Below are positions 28,156 through 42,940 of a stretch of 64,000 nt of DNA, piece by piece (position 1 is the first letter of the stretch; each line of letters starts with the position of its first letter). This DNA comes from Eledone cirrhosa. Lineage: Eukaryota. The notes below the pieces were generated by a model that worked only from the letters and a program-made list of their open reading frames with translations, made no database searches and was not told the origin of the DNA. The DNA is taken from assembly GCA_964016885.1 (NCBI GenBank), contig OZ024749.1:39990001-40054000 (forward strand), read 5' to 3'. The translations under genes were made by a program, and so were the position numbers.

Positions 28156-29384
28156 CAGGGTGCGGACGGTGTTTGAGGACAGATTTATGGCTTTAAAGAA
28201 AACGCTTATATAATAACAGAAAAAAACGGTATTCTTATAAAAATAACATAAACATAAAGCTAAACTATCAATTTAATAATTTCATTCAATAAAACCACCA
28301 TAAGCATCAATAACTATCTCTATGTGTGGTTGAAATCGTTTACAAGCTCGGATTAGGTGGTCCTTGTTCATATCGGACAGACTCGAACTATTGCGGCTTT
28401 CTAAGAATCTTTGGGGCTATGGGGGTGTTCATTGACATTTTTCTCAACAATGCTCCATACATAGTAGTCCAGTGGATTGAGATCTGGAGAATTAGGAGGC
28501 TAAATATTGGGGGTGATGTGACCATGCAAATTGTTGGCCAGCCATTCTTGTGTCACTTGAGCCTTGTTGAAAGACATAAGGCCTTGCATTGCATACACTG
28601 TTGATCCAAGGCTTAACAACTTTATTCAGAACCTCAATATACTCAGCAGCATTCACCCTAAGGCCTTGTAGAAAAAAGTGAGGAGGACCACATGTCCTTC
28701 ATTGCTAACACCACCCAAAACCATGACACTTGCAGGAAATTTTGTGTGCATTACTCTTGGAACCTCAGAAGGGTCTGCACATATCCACCTGTCATTTCTT
28801 CTGTTAGTTTTCTGGTCCTGGTCAAAGTTTTTCTCATCTGAGAAAAACCAAATCACACCATCTTCTGATGGATTTTTAAGTTTGTTCAAAAGTCTTTTGG
28901 ATCTGATTAAACGGTTTTCTTTTGTTTTTTTTTTCTTACATGAATTGACCTCTCCTCACCACGTAAGATTTGTATCTGATGTCTTCATGCACACATTTCT
29001 GATTGTTTTTTCTGACACACCAAAATTTGTTGCAATTTACCTCATTGATTTTCCTGGGTTGTCATCAATGTTTTGCTTAACTTCCTGAATAAATTCAAGT
29101 GTCCTGATAGAATCAGAGCATTTAGAATGTTTTTTACGTTTTGATACAGGTAATACGCTTCCATCTTTCTCTAACCCATACCGAATCTTGCAACTTTCAG
29201 AAAATGAGAAATTTCTAAATCACCATGCTTAGTCTTCAAAGCCACAATCACAGCAGGCCTTTTCATTTCATTAGTAAGCATAGTTATTTTCATTGTTATT
29301 TTCTGAAATAGAAGTTCAATAAAAATTAGTCAAATAAAATAATAACTAAAAATGCATGTGTCCTCAAATACCGTCCGCACCCTG
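28156..29384 (-). mobile_element. Tc1/mariner DNA transposon, DD37D (maT)-like, with decayed transposase
   Basis: 26-bp TIRs cagggtgcggacggt(g/a)tttgaggaca with TA on the right flank. Minus-strand motifs FFSDEKNF, NRRNDR, KFPASVMVLG and PPNSPDLNPLDYYVW. Contains frameshifts and stops. Confidence 0.9.
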
Positions 29385-29473
29385 TATATATATATATATA
29401 TATATATATAGTTATGTATTCCCTACGGAAATACTTCATTTATATATATATTAATTATTTATTTATTTATTTA

Positions 29474-29627
29474 TCGCAAATGACCAGCTCGAAGCCTTAA
29501 TCGAATACATTTAGCTTTAGCTCTGATCGATTTGCTCAGCAGACATAGCGGAGATCCGAATCGCAATATGCACAGCTTTGCTTTAAAATTATGTTTTCGA
29601 TTAAGGCTCTTTGCTGGTTATTTGCGA
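29474..29627. mobile_element. Small MITE-like element
   Basis: Imperfect TIRs tcgcaaatgaccagc....agccttaatcgaa / ttcgattaaggct....gctggttatttgcga. Confidence 0.6.
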
Positions 29628-29665
29628 AACATGCATTGCGCGTGATTACGAATAAAATATGTTAA

Positions 29666-29885
29666 CCCTTTAGCATTTAAACCGGCTATATCCGGCCAGA
29701 ATTCTTTCACCTTTTTCTGTTCAAACTGGCCATAACCAGCCACTCATACTGATGTTAAGATATTGTTCTCAAAATTAATAATATAAAAATCCATAGACTC
29801 GATGTTATGTGAGATAATTATGTGAGGTAAAGTCTTTACCACAAAAATACAATAGCATATATAGAGTAATGTAAATGCTAAAGGG
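29666..29885. mobile_element. TTAA-flanked MITE (piggyBac-like), second copy in opposite orientation
   Basis: ttaa-ccctttagcattta...taaatgctaaaggg-ttaa, with internal homology to 2687-2933. Confidence 0.88.
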
Positions 29886-30106
29886 TTAAACTGAAACTTT
29901 GATCTCTCGTTCTTCCTATAAACACGCGAACAATGACATTGACCCTCTCAAAAGTTCCTCTTTTCCTTCATGTGAATGATCAGACGTGCCTTCTCGTCTG
30001 TAATACTAACAGTAATCCAAATTCTGGCTCAAAACCATTAATAGAAATATTTAACCGCAACTGACATCTGTTGAGTGCTCTTTTCTTTCGCTTGCACCTT
30101 ATATAC

Positions 30107-30180
<74 letters not shown>

Positions 30181-30857
30181 GTATATAAAACTCTGTGTGT
30201 GATTTTGTACGTGTATGTACATACATATATATATGTTTATATATATATATACATGAAGAGAGAGAGAGTGGGGTGAGCGTTGTCCAATCTAGCTCCGTCT
30301 ACTTAGTTCACCACTTAACATTGACAGAGACTTATGCAGTTCTTAGTAAAATTTCCCGCGCATTTACTGACGGTTTTCAGCGTTATGCTGGCGTCGGAGA
30401 TGTGGAGTGGGGAAAGAAGGGTTAATAGAATGTCCGTCAGCCATTTTAGTTTTATAACATTACGTAAAACTGCACTGTTAGACACTGGGGCTGTCAAACG
30501 TCTTGTTCAGAGTTAACAATCTATGGGAAGACGAGAAATCTCTTAGTATAAAACGATTTATCAATTCCTGTTAGGTCAGACAACTGCATATATATATATA
30601 TTCTTTTATTCTTTTATTCTTGTATTCTGTTACAACTGGACCCATGCTGTCAATAATGACGGCAATAGCGTTGAACGTATTTAATTTTTGGAGTCTTGAT
30701 TGCTGTCATATATATATATATATATATATGTCGGGATATATTAACTGGAAGGTTTACATTTTGATAAATTAATGGTTTACATAAGAGAAACCCAATTGAT
30801 AAACTGACACGTGGAATAGATTAAAGAAACGAATGATATTTTAATAATTTATCTCTA

Positions 30858-31122
30858 AGATGGTTTCTTATATAGACACAAAGCCAGCAATTTTGGAGAA
30901 GAGGAAAGTTTATTAAATCGATCCCAGTGCATGACTGGTACTTTATTTTATCGACCTCGTAAGGATGAAAGGCAAAGTTAACCTCGGCGGGATTTGAACT
31001 CAGAAGATCATAATTTGAACTCAGAAGATCATAATTTGAACTCAGAAGATCATAAAGGGCCGTAACGCTATGTACCAAAGTATGGCGTCAGACCCTCTAC
31101 CGATACTGCCAATCCAACGCCC
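30858..31122 (-). mobile_element. SINE family 1 with triplicated B-box segment
   Basis: atttgaactcagaagatcata occurs three times at ~30992-31054. Confidence 0.88.
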
Positions 31123-31160
31123 TCATTTATCTCTAAGATGAATAGCATAACATGCATGGT

Positions 31161-31410
31161 CCCTAAACTCCCGAGGGAGTCGTGGGGGTGTCATATTGAC
31201 ATACGGCGTTTCTAGGGCATATTTTAAACCTGGCGAAGCTCAATCTTCTCCATGTCTGATTACAGCAGATTTCTTCCAGAGAAGGATAGAGAGTGAGAAA
31301 GAGATATAGAGGAAGAATCGCCCCAGTACCTCGGTGGGATTTGAACTCAGAGAGAAGACAGCCGAAATGAATACCACAAAGCATTCTATCTGACGTTCTA
31401 ACGACTCTAC
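31161..31410 (-). mobile_element. SINE family 4 (family-1-like head, different tail)
   Basis: Homologous to 50771-51150, sharing ccctaaac..gagtcgt, cagatttcttc and gatttgaa.tca.agag. Confidence 0.7.
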
Positions 31411-31961
31411 TAAATAATTCTATAAATGTTCAGTGTGACACGAGATAAAATTTAGAGTAACTTTGGAGAAATAGCTATTGAGGGGAACAAATGTAGGATT
31501 GGAACCGATGATCTTGGGATTGGAAGCGAACTTATCATAGCAGCTGAGATAGGAAATGCAGTGTAAATATTGGTGCATGTAAATTTTAGAGTTACAGACA
31601 CACACACACATACATACATACATACATACATACATACATACATACATACATACATACATACATACATACATACATACAAATGGCTGCGATAGCTGGCACC
31701 TTCAAAATTTGCAAAACATTCTTGCGATTCAAGGGATGACAATTTCTTTTCTTTTACAACCTTGCCACCAGGAAGGTGGCCGGTCAAAAAAATATACTCG
31801 AAATTAAGAGAAGAGAAAACATACATACATACATACATACATACATACATACATGCATACATACATACATACATACATGCATGCATACATACATACATAC
31901 ATACATACATACATACATACATACATACATACATACATACATACATACATACATACATGCA

Positions 31962-32021
<60 letters not shown>

Positions 32022-32053
32022 TATAAGGATTATATTTGTTTTAAACTTTGTAT

Positions 32054-32097
32054 GCTCCGATGATTCCAGACTTATGTCTGGATGAATCGATCGTAAA
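32054..32097 (+). ncRNA. Decayed hammerhead motif
   Basis: cCGAUGA-u-uccagac/gucugga-u-GAAU-cgaucg-UA has two core substitutions and a perfect 7-bp stem II. Confidence 0.45.
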
Positions 32098-32137
32098 CTA
32101 TTAAATGTTTTAAACACCATTTGATTGTAATTTATGC

Positions 32138-32182
<45 letters not shown>

Positions 32183-32187
32183 GGGGG

Positions 32188-32550
32188 TGTAAGCAGGATC
32201 AAAGCCGTAATGTTGCATCATATCTAAACATTATTGACATAAGACAATTGTTTCAATATCGATCAGCTCAAGGAGCGATCAATATAACCGGGACCCGTCT
32301 CTGGTTTCACAGTTCATCAGTTTATTTGTGCATAACACAATGAAGCTACTGAAAGAAGGATTCATTGACCGATTTCAGCTGCTTGGTTTTGTTCTGCACT
32401 TATAGACCCGTATATCTGATGAGCTGTCAATCAAGAGTCGGGTCACGGTCATCATGATCACATCTTAAATTAATCGATATTGATACTATTGTCAGATGTG
32501 AATACAGTTTAGATATGATGCAACTTTGCGCCTTTTTTTACAGCTTGCAG
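32188..32550. mobile_element. Old palindromic MITE
   Basis: Perfect 18-bp inverted match gttgcatcatatctaaac / gtttagatatgatgcaac plus imperfect internal symmetry. Confidence 0.7.
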
Positions 32551-32643
32551 GTAATAGTTACCGTTAACCCCTTAGCTACATGGTAATGTAACCCCTACAA
32601 GTGACAAATCTCTTAAACTGTATTGAGTACTCAGACTGGCGAG

Positions 32644-32692
<49 letters not shown>

Positions 32693-32910
32693 ATATATAT
32701 ATATATGTATATATATATATACATATATATATATACATGTATATATATATATACATATATATATATATACATGTATATATATACATGCATATATATACAT
32801 ATATAGATATGTATATATATATATATACATATATATATACATAGATATACATATATATCTATACATATATAAAAATATATATCTATACATATATATACAT
32901 ATATATATAC

Positions 32911-33009
<99 letters not shown>

Positions 33010-33014
33010 TATAC

Positions 33015-33062
<48 letters not shown>

Positions 33063-33431
33063 GGTGGCTGCCAACTCGTTTTCGAGTACGGCCACTACTT
33101 TATATCCATGTAGGAGAACCCCTACCGATGCGCTGAACGAGTGTGACTTTTTAGTCCAGCCAGCGACTTGAAAACTCTGGTACAAACACTACACTTGTGA
33201 CAATTATTGACACATAGTGCTGGGCTCGTGGTACCATGTGATGACAAGTGCAGAGGGATCTTCAGATATAAAGCAATGCCTGTGCCTGGTGGTATCCAAT
33301 GATGTTGACTTGTTCTTCTTTTTGGTAAATATCATCTTGGTTAAGAGAGTGGGACTGGTTTTGTGCAGTGCCTTTGCTCACTATATATATATACACATAC
33401 ATATATACATACATATATACATATATATATT

Positions 33432-33473
<42 letters not shown>

Positions 33474-33675
33474 GAGAGACAGACATAAACACAAAAACAT
33501 GGGATGTTCAGACGATTAGGTTTATGATGACGTTACTTTTATATAAGTAATCGATATGTATTGATCTGTACGTTATAACGGATTGTCTTATTGATTTTTT
33601 TTATGTCTCAATCATTGCTATATAACTAAGTCTTTATTATTTTAATATATATTTGTTGATGTTGCAGTTGTGGTT

Positions 33676-34495
33676 GACACCACTCCCGCCACCACCATTA
33701 CAACCACCACTACCACTACCACCACTATTACCACCACTACCACCACTACCACCACTACCACTACCACCACTATTACCACCACTGCCCCCACCACCACCAC
33801 TACCACCACCACTACCACCACCACTACCACCACCACTACCACCACCACTACAACCACCACTACCACCACTACCACTACCACCACGATTACCACCACTACC
33901 CCCACCACTACCACCACCACTACCACCACCACTACCACTACCACCATCACTACCACCACCACTACCACCACCACTACCACCACCACTACCACTACCACCA
34001 TCACTACCACCACCACTACCACCACCACTACAACTACCACTACCACCACTACCACCACTATTACCACCACTACCCCCACCCCCACCCCCACCACCACTAC
34101 AACCACCACTACCACCACCAATATCTCTCTCTATACTAACACGAACAGCACCGCCAGCACCACTACAATCATCAGCACATGGCGGCAGTGGTGGTGGTGG
34201 TGGTGATGGTGGTGGTGGTGGTGGTGATGATAATAGTACTGGTGTCGATGGTGGTGGTGGTGGTGTAGGTGGTTGTGTTGGTTGTTGATTGCTGATGGTG
34301 CTGGTTGTGGTGCTGGTGGTGGTGGTGGTGGTGGTGGTGGTGGTGTAGGTGGTTGTGTTGGTTGTTGATTGCTGATAGTGCTGGTTGTGGTGCTGGCTGT
34401 GGTGGTGGTGGTGGTGTAGGTGGTTGTGTTGGTTGTTGATTGCTGATGGTGCTGGTTGTGGTGCTGGCTGTGGTGGTGGTGGTGGTGGTGGTGTT
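33676..34495. repeat. (CCA/CTA)n then (GGT)n trinucleotide tracts
   Basis: Directly visible. Confidence 0.9.
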
Positions 34496-34602
34496 TCAAG
34501 AGGGACGGTGTGACTTCTGTGCTATCTTAAATCTCTTTCCTGTCATATTCGTCTCTTCTGTATCAATTGGTCACTTGGAAGGCAACACAATTTATTGCAA
34601 GC

Positions 34603-34634
<32 letters not shown>

Positions 34635-34711
34635 CACTACTTTTATCTATCTATCAATTTATCTATCTCTCTCTCTGTCACCCTCTCTCTCTCTCTCTCT
34701 CACACTCTCTC

Positions 34712-34753
<42 letters not shown>

Positions 34754-34770
34754 TCTCACTCTCTCTTTCT

Positions 34771-34837
<67 letters not shown>

Positions 34838-34870
34838 TGTCTATCTATCTGTCTGCCTGTCTATTTCTCG

Positions 34871-34910
<40 letters not shown>

Positions 34911-34957
34911 GTTTGCCTTGTTTCCGTTCGTTGTCTTGTCTCTGTTAATTTTCTTAA

Positions 34958-35280
<323 letters not shown>

Positions 35281-35301
35281 ATATATGTATATACACACAT
35301 G

Positions 35302-35343
<42 letters not shown>

Positions 35344-35435
35344 GGTCGATGCTTCATTTCTGAAAAAATGAATTATTTCGAAACAAAATCAACAGACAGC
35401 ACATCCTACCAGTCTCCAACCACCAACTACTCATA

Positions 35436-37260
35436 AACCATCACCAACCATCACCAACCATCACCAACCATCACTAACCATCACCAACCATCACCAACCA
35501 TCACCAACCATCACCAACCATCACTAACCATCACCAACCATCACTAACCATCACTAACCATCACTAACCATCACCAACCCTCACCAACCCTCACCAACCA
35601 TCACCAACCATCACCAACCATCACCAACCATCACTAACCATCACCAACCATCACTAACCATCACTAACCATCACTAACCATCACCAACCCTCACCAACCC
35701 TCACCAACCATCACCAACCATCACCAACCATCACCAACCATCACTAACCATCACTAACCATCACCAACCATCACCAACCATCACCAACCATCACTAACCA
35801 TCACCAACCATCACTAACCATCACTAACCATCACTAACCATCACCAACCCTCACCAACCCTCACCAACCATCACCAACCATCACCAACCATCACCAACCA
35901 TCACTAACCATCACTAACCATCACTAACCATCACCAACCATCACCAACCATCACCAACCATCACCAACCATCACCAACCATCACCAACCATCACTAACCC
36001 TCACCAACCCTCACCAACCATCACCAACCATCACCAACCATCACCAACCATCACCAACCATCACCAACCATCACCAACCATCACCAACCATCACTAACCA
36101 TCACTAACCATCACTAACCATCACCAACCATCACTAACCATCACCAACCATCACCAACCATCACCAACCATCACCAACCATCACTAACCATCACCAACCA
36201 TCACTAACCATCACTAACCATCACCAACTATCACCAACCATCACTAACCATCACTAACCATCACTAACCATCACCAACCATCACCAACCATCACTAACCA
36301 TCACCAACTATCACCAACCATCACTAACCATCACCAACCATCACCAACCATCACCAACCATCACCAACCATCACCAACCATCACTAACCATCACCAACCA
36401 TCACCAACCATCACCAACCATCACCAACCATCACCAACCATCACTAACCATCACTAACCATCACCAACCATCACCAACCATCACCAACCATCACCAACCT
36501 CACCAACCCTCACCAACCATCACCAACCATCACTAACCATCACTAACCATCACCAACCATCACCAACCATCACCAACCATCACTAACCATCACCAACCAT
36601 CACTAACCATCACCAACCATCACCAACCATCACCAACCATCACTAACCATCACTAACCATCACCAACCATCACCAACCATCACCAACCATCACTAACCAT
36701 CACCAACCATCACCAACCATCACCAACCATCACCAACCATCACTAACCATCACTAACCATCACCAACCATCACTAACCATCACCAACCATCACCAACCCT
36801 CACCAACCCTCACCAACCCTCACCAACCATCACTAACCATCACCAACCATCACCAACCATCACCAACCATCACTAACCATCACCAACCATCACCAACCAT
36901 CACTAACCATCACTAACCATCACCAACCATCACCAACCATCACCAACCATCACCAACTATCACCAACCATCACTAACCATCACTAACCATCACCAACCCT
37001 CACCAACCCTCACCAACCATCACTAACCATCACTAACCATCACCAACCATCACCAACCATCACCAACCATCACCAACCCTCACCAACCCTCACCAACCCT
37101 CACCAACCATCACTAACCATCACCAACCATCACCAACCATCACTAACCATCACCAACCATCACTAACCATCACCAACCATCACCAACCATCACTAACCAT
37201 CACTAACCATCACCAACCATCACCAACCATCACCAACCATCACTAACCATCACTAAACAT
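35436..37260 (+). repeat. 10-bp satellite (AACCATCACY)n, ~180 units
   Basis: Directly visible. Variants are aaccatcacc, aaccatcact and aaccctcacc, with one 1-nt deletion near 36500. Confidence 0.97.
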
Positions 37261-37295
37261 CGTCACCAATACTTCCACCGCTACCGTAAATAAAA

Positions 37296-37485
37296 TAATT
37301 GTTTCTACGTTTGGCACAAGGCCAGCAATTATCCCAGTGTATTACTGATACTTTATTTTATCGACCCCGTAAGGATGAAAGGCAAAGTCAACCTCGGCGG
37401 GATTTGAACTCAGATCGTAAAGGGACGTAACTATGCTGGAAAGTATGGGGTCCGACCCTCTACTGATACTGCCAATCTACCGCCC
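37296..37485 (-). mobile_element. SINE family 1
   Basis: Full length, reverse complement. Confidence 0.9.
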
Positions 37486-37689
37486 TACGAATAAAAAATA
37501 CTAAATCTATATATAAGTTTCTGTGACTCTGTCACAACACGTTAAGAGAGAGGAGTAGTTTAACTACCTCATACTACTACTATCTCTTTACGTCTGCTGC
37601 CTGCGTGAATGTATGTGTGTAAAGGGGAGGCAGGGGTTGGTGAAAAATCTATACCAAAATAGCGGTTGGTGTTCCATAAGTTATGCTGT

Positions 37690-38460
37690 GTATGTGTGAA
37701 TGTATATGTGTGGATGTATGTGTGTGTTTGTGTGAATGTATGTGTGTGTTTGTGTGAATGTGTATGTATGTGTTTGTGTGAATGTATGTGTGTGTTTGTG
37801 TGAATGTGTATGTATGTGTTTGTGTGAATGTATGTGTGTGTTTGTGTGAATGTGTATGTATGTGTTTGTGTGAATGTATGTCTAAGTGTATTTTTGTAAG
37901 TCCGTCTGTGTTTGCTCGTTTATATTTATATACTCATACATATAACTGTATGCATGTGCACATACACACATTCTAGCGGATAGGGTTCCATTTGTTACGC
38001 TGTGTATGTGAGTATGTGTTTGTGTGAATGTATCTATGTTTGTGTGAATTTATGTGTGTGTTTGTGTGAATGTATCTGTGTGTCTGTGTGAATGTATGTG
38101 TGTGTTTGTGTGAATGTATGTGTGTGTTTGTGTGAATGTATGTGTGTGTTTGTGTGAATGTATGTGTGTGTTTGTGTGAATGTATGTGTGTATGTGTTTC
38201 TGTGAATGTATGTGTGAATGCATATGTGTGTTTGTGTGAATATATGTGTGTATGTATTTGTGTGAATCTATGTATATGTTTGTGTGAAAGTACTTGTGTG
38301 AAAGTACTTGCTTGTGTGAATGTATGTGTGTGTTTGTGTGAATATATGTCTCTCTGTGAGTGTGTATTTTTGTAAGTGTGTCTGTGTTTACTCGTTTATA
38401 TTTATACTCTCATGCATATAATATATGCATATGCACATACATACATACACTCATACACAC
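37690..38460 (+). repeat. (tgtgtgaatgtatgtgtgtgtt)-type minisatellite in two duplicated blocks
   Basis: Both blocks end in gtgtatttttgtaagt..gtctgtgtt..ctcgtttatat (~37886 and ~38362). Confidence 0.8.
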
Positions 38461-38852
38461 ATACGCGTCAGCGTGTTGAAAAAAATTCCTAGTAGAACAA
38501 AAAAACACAAAGAGAAGTAAAACAAGTAAAGTTGTTCTGTCCCAATATATGAAAGTATTAAACCGTTGAGAATGTGATTGATTGCTTCATATAAGTGTTT
38601 TACATGCAACTCTCAATTTGCCTTAAAATCGATACAGCTAATTTGTCGTCAGGTTTTTGGCAGTATGTCTGGGTTAGTGGAGTGCCGGGTTGATGGCGGT
38701 GTGGTGTGGGAGTGGGGTGTTTGACTTATGTGGAAAATTGGAGTGGGAGGGTGGTGGAAACAGGATGCGATGGTGTGGGATGGGATGGTAACACCCGACT
38801 GAACATATGTAAAAATATTAGAATATATATTTATATATAGATATCTATTATT

Positions 38853-38935
<83 letters not shown>

Positions 38936-38936
38936 T

Positions 38937-38969
<33 letters not shown>

Positions 38970-38984
38970 TTATATATATTTATA

Positions 38985-39023
<39 letters not shown>

Positions 39024-39028
<5 letters not shown>

Positions 39029-39220
39029 AAAAAGTATGACCCCGACGGCAGAGCTCAAGCCATTTCGACGGCTATTTCTGGACAGAAATAGCCGTCGAAA
39101 CGGCTTGATCTCTGCCGTCGGAGTCATACTTTTTCCTATTTCCCACTCTACTACCCTAAGTGTTGAGTACTCTGGTGAGTTATGGTCCATCTGGTTCCTT
39201 ACCACAATTCCTTTGTTATA
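39024..39220 (+). mobile_element. Family A fold-back element
   Basis: Palindrome centred at ~39081, containing GAAACGGC...GCCGUC and the same tail. Confidence 0.8.
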
Positions 39221-39286
39221 TATATATATATATATACATATATATATACATATATATATATAGATATATATGTTTATATATATTTA

Positions 39287-39340
<54 letters not shown>

Positions 39341-39372
39341 TAAATATATATAAACATATATATATATATATG

Positions 39373-39404
<32 letters not shown>

Positions 39405-39436
39405 TATATACATATATAGATATATATGTTTATATA

Positions 39437-39517
<81 letters not shown>

Positions 39518-39686
39518 TATATATATATAGGAAGAGAGATAGAGAGCGAGCGAGAGAGAGGGGGGGGGGGTATGTATGCATGGCATGTATGTATTTCTCT
39601 GTGTTTTATGTAAGCAGAAGATATGCTTGGCTTGAAAGCTTGAAAGCGAAGCCAACCTTTTCACATTCCCCATCTTCACCTTTCAT

Positions 39687-39745
<59 letters not shown>

Positions 39746-39938
39746 GGGTGTCCCAAAGAATGTATACACACTTATTTTAGAATGTTGTTGATGTGTGTAT
39801 ACATTTTTGAATATACATATATATATACAATATATATATATATATATATATATACAATATATATATATATATATATACACGCACATATGTATATACATAT
39901 ATATATATATAGGCATTATATATGTATATATGTATGTA

Positions 39939-40129
39939 GGGCGGTGGATTGGCAGTATCGGTAGAGGGTCGGACGCCATGCTTTCCAGCATAGTTACGTC
40001 CCTTTACGATCTGAGTTCAAATCCCGCCGAGGTTGACTTTGCCTTTCATCCTTACGGGATAAGATAAAATAAAGTACCAGTAATGCACTGGGTAACTGCT
40101 GGCCTTGTGCCTAAAGTAGAAACAATTAT
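39939..40129 (+). mobile_element. SINE family 1
   Basis: Full length. Confidence 0.92.
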
Positions 40130-40271
40130 ATATGTATGTATATATTTATGTATATAGATATATATTATATATATATACACACATATATATATATATTCAA
40201 AACAACAAGCAGCGAAAGACGCGTTCCGGACTTGTCCGACAGACAACCTTTTCCCCCACCCCGGAAAAAAA

Positions 40272-40308
40272 CCCCAGTTGATGGATGTGAATCCGAAATA
40301 TATAGGGA
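40272..40308 (+). ncRNA. Decayed hammerhead motif
   Basis: ccc-CAGUUGA-u-ggau/aucc-GAAA-uaua-UA-ggg. Downstream sequence is homologous to 13180-13205. Confidence 0.45.
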
Positions 40309-40612
40309 CTATTAAATCTCTCCCAAGGTAACTCTCTCTTGTGTTGTTATTTTTATTTTTATCCTTTATACTCTTCCCTTCATTCTACACATCTCACACA
40401 TCTTATACACGCCACGCATCTCAACGTACACCCACTTACATCTCTCTCTCCACCACCGGACCTTGTTACCCGGAGATTTACCCATTTGCATTGTCGAGGC
40501 TTCCAAACGACTTAAAGATATTTACCTATTATTCCACAATGCTTCAAGCAAACTTCAATACTCTCTTATACATATATATATATATTCATACACACACCCA
40601 CAAATATATATT

Positions 40613-40703
<91 letters not shown>

Positions 40704-41089
40704 CTGTCTAGACATTGTGAATTATTCATGGTTTGGGATTGTCTAAAACTGTTGTCAAGATCTGGCAATCAGATTACACTAATCTTACCTTGCCAACATG
40801 CTACATGTGATGTGAGCGGAAACACACCCACACACACACACACACAGCCACACACACACACACACACACACACACTGCCACACATACGCACACACACACA
40901 CACATACATACACACACACACAGACATATGAACACGTTCATTGATTCTTATTGTACATTTACACATCCTGACAAATGGTTGCTAACATCGAAGTGCGTAA
41001 AAAAAAAAAAGGATGTATGTATATATATGTATGTATGTATGTATTTATGTATGTATGTATATGTATGTATGAATGTATGTATGAATGGG

Positions 41090-41288
41090 TGAAGTACCCC
41101 TAGCCTTTGTCAGGGCATTCTTCTAGGAGAAGGCAACTCAGGAAACTGGGATAACTCCGATATAAAACCTGCGGCTCAGTAGTTACCGATGATGTTGATC
41201 ATTTCTTCTTTTCGGGTTATAGCTACTGTCGCTCAGAGAGTGGGATTGGCTCAGTGCACAGACTTTCCTCACTTTAAAAAATATCTTG
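41090..41288 (+). mobile_element. Dispersed repeat (possibly LINE 5' UTR-derived)
   Basis: Near-identical reverse complement at 61132-61330. Confidence 0.7.
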
Positions 41289-41749
41289 TCATGTTATGTA
41301 TGAATGTATATATGTGTCTATGTATCTATGTATGTATGTATTTATTTATGTATCTGTGTAATCATGTATATATTTATGTATGTATATATATATATATGTG
41401 TGTATATATATATATCTATATATAAGTGTGTGTGTCTGTATGTATTGTATATATGTATGTATGTATGCATATATGTATGCATGTTGGCATGTGTATATAT
41501 ATGTATACATGGGAGTGTTTACGTCTGTTGTCTGATTTTGCCCCGTAACTTAGCAGTTCGACAAACACAAATCAATACATTAAATACCAAACTTCAAGAA
41601 TTAAGTACTGGTATCATTCTGATCGACTAAAAATATGATTGTAAATAAACAGCTCTTGAATAGAGATCGATGACCAAGAATGGCCGAAATCTCCATCTCT
41701 ACGGGTTTGACAAGAAGCCATTCCCACTAGCTAGCAGTGAGCAAGGAGG

Positions 41750-42940
41750 GTGTATGGGGACCCAGAGAACACCGGAGGTCTCATCGTTAGCAGTGAGCAG
41801 GCACAAGGTATGGGGACCCAGAGAACGCTGGAGGTCTTTCCACGGATACAGGTTGAGCAAGTAGAAGTATGTGGACCCAGAGAACGCCGGAGGTCTCTCC
41901 TCGGCTACAGGTTGAGCAAGGAAGAAGTATGTGGACCCAGAGAACGCCGGAGGTCTCTCCACGGCTACAGGTTGAGCAAGGAAGAAGTATGTGGACCCAG
42001 AGAACGCCGGAGGTCTCTCCACGGCTACAGGTTGACCAAGGAAGAAGTATGTGGACCCAGAGAACGCCGGAGGTCTCTCCACGGTTGTAGGTTGACCAAG
42101 GAAGAAGTATGTGGATCCAGAGAACGCCGGAGGTTTCTCCACGGCTACAGGTTGAGCAAGGAAGAAGTATGTGGACCCAGAGAACGCCGGAGGTCTCTCC
42201 ACGGCTACAGGTTGACCAAGGAAGAAGTATGTGGACCCAGAGAACGCCGGAGGTCTCTCCACGGTTGTAGGTTGAGCAAGGAAGAAGTATGTGGACCCAG
42301 AGAACGCCGGAGGTCTCTCCACGGCTACAGGTTGACCAAGGAAGAAGTATGTGGACCCAGAGAACGCCGGAGGTCTCTCCTCGGCTACAGGTTGAGCAAG
42401 GAAGAAGTATGTGGACCCAGAGAACGCCGGAGGTCTCTCCACGGCTACAGGTTGAGCAAGGAAGAAGTATGTGGACCCAGAGAACGCCGGAGGTCTCTCC
42501 ACGGCTACAGGTTGACCAAGGAAGAAGTATGTGGACCCAGAGAACGCCGGAGGTCTCTCCACGGTTGTAGGTTGACCAAGGAAGAAGTATGTGGATCCAG
42601 AGAACGCCGGAGGTTTCTCCACGGCTACAGGTTGAGCAAGGAAGAAGTATGTGGACCCAGAGAACGCCGGAGGTCTCTCCACGGCTACAGGTTGACCAAG
42701 GAAGAAGTATGTGGACCCAGAGAACGCCGGAGGTCTCTCCACGGTTGTAGGTTGAGCAAGGAAGAAGTATGTGGACCCAGAGAACGCCGGAGGTCTCTCC
42801 TCGGCTACAGGTTGAGCAAGGAAGAAGTATGTGGACCCAGAGAACGCCGGAGGTCTCTCCACGGCTACAGGTTGAACAAGGAAGAAGTATGTGGACCCAG
42901 AGAACGCCGGGGGTCTCTCCACGGCTGTAGGTTGAGCAGT
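41750..42940 (+). repeat. 60-bp GC-rich minisatellite, ~18 near-perfect units plus 2 diverged, with 8-unit higher-order repeat
   Basis: Unit gaagaagtatgtggacccagagaacgccggaggtctctccacggctacaggttgagcaag. Confidence 0.97.

Noticed and set aside
32285-32325. Minus-strand CUGAUGA...GAAAC...GUC inside the palindromic MITE
   Set aside because: Stem II is too short to form, stem I does not pair, and the mirror arm lacks GAAA.
33642-34499. Pro-, Thr-, Val- and His-rich ORFs
   Set aside because: These are trinucleotide repeat translations with no supporting splice or domain context. The same applies to 43252-43680 and 54502-55568.
35436-37260. Telomeric repeat
   Set aside because: The unit is 10 bp (GGTGATGGTT on the minus strand), not TTAGGG, and the array is interstitial.
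41750-42940. CRISPR-like regular array
   Set aside because: The units are contiguous 60-mers with no unique spacers, there are no cas genes, and the context is eukaryotic.
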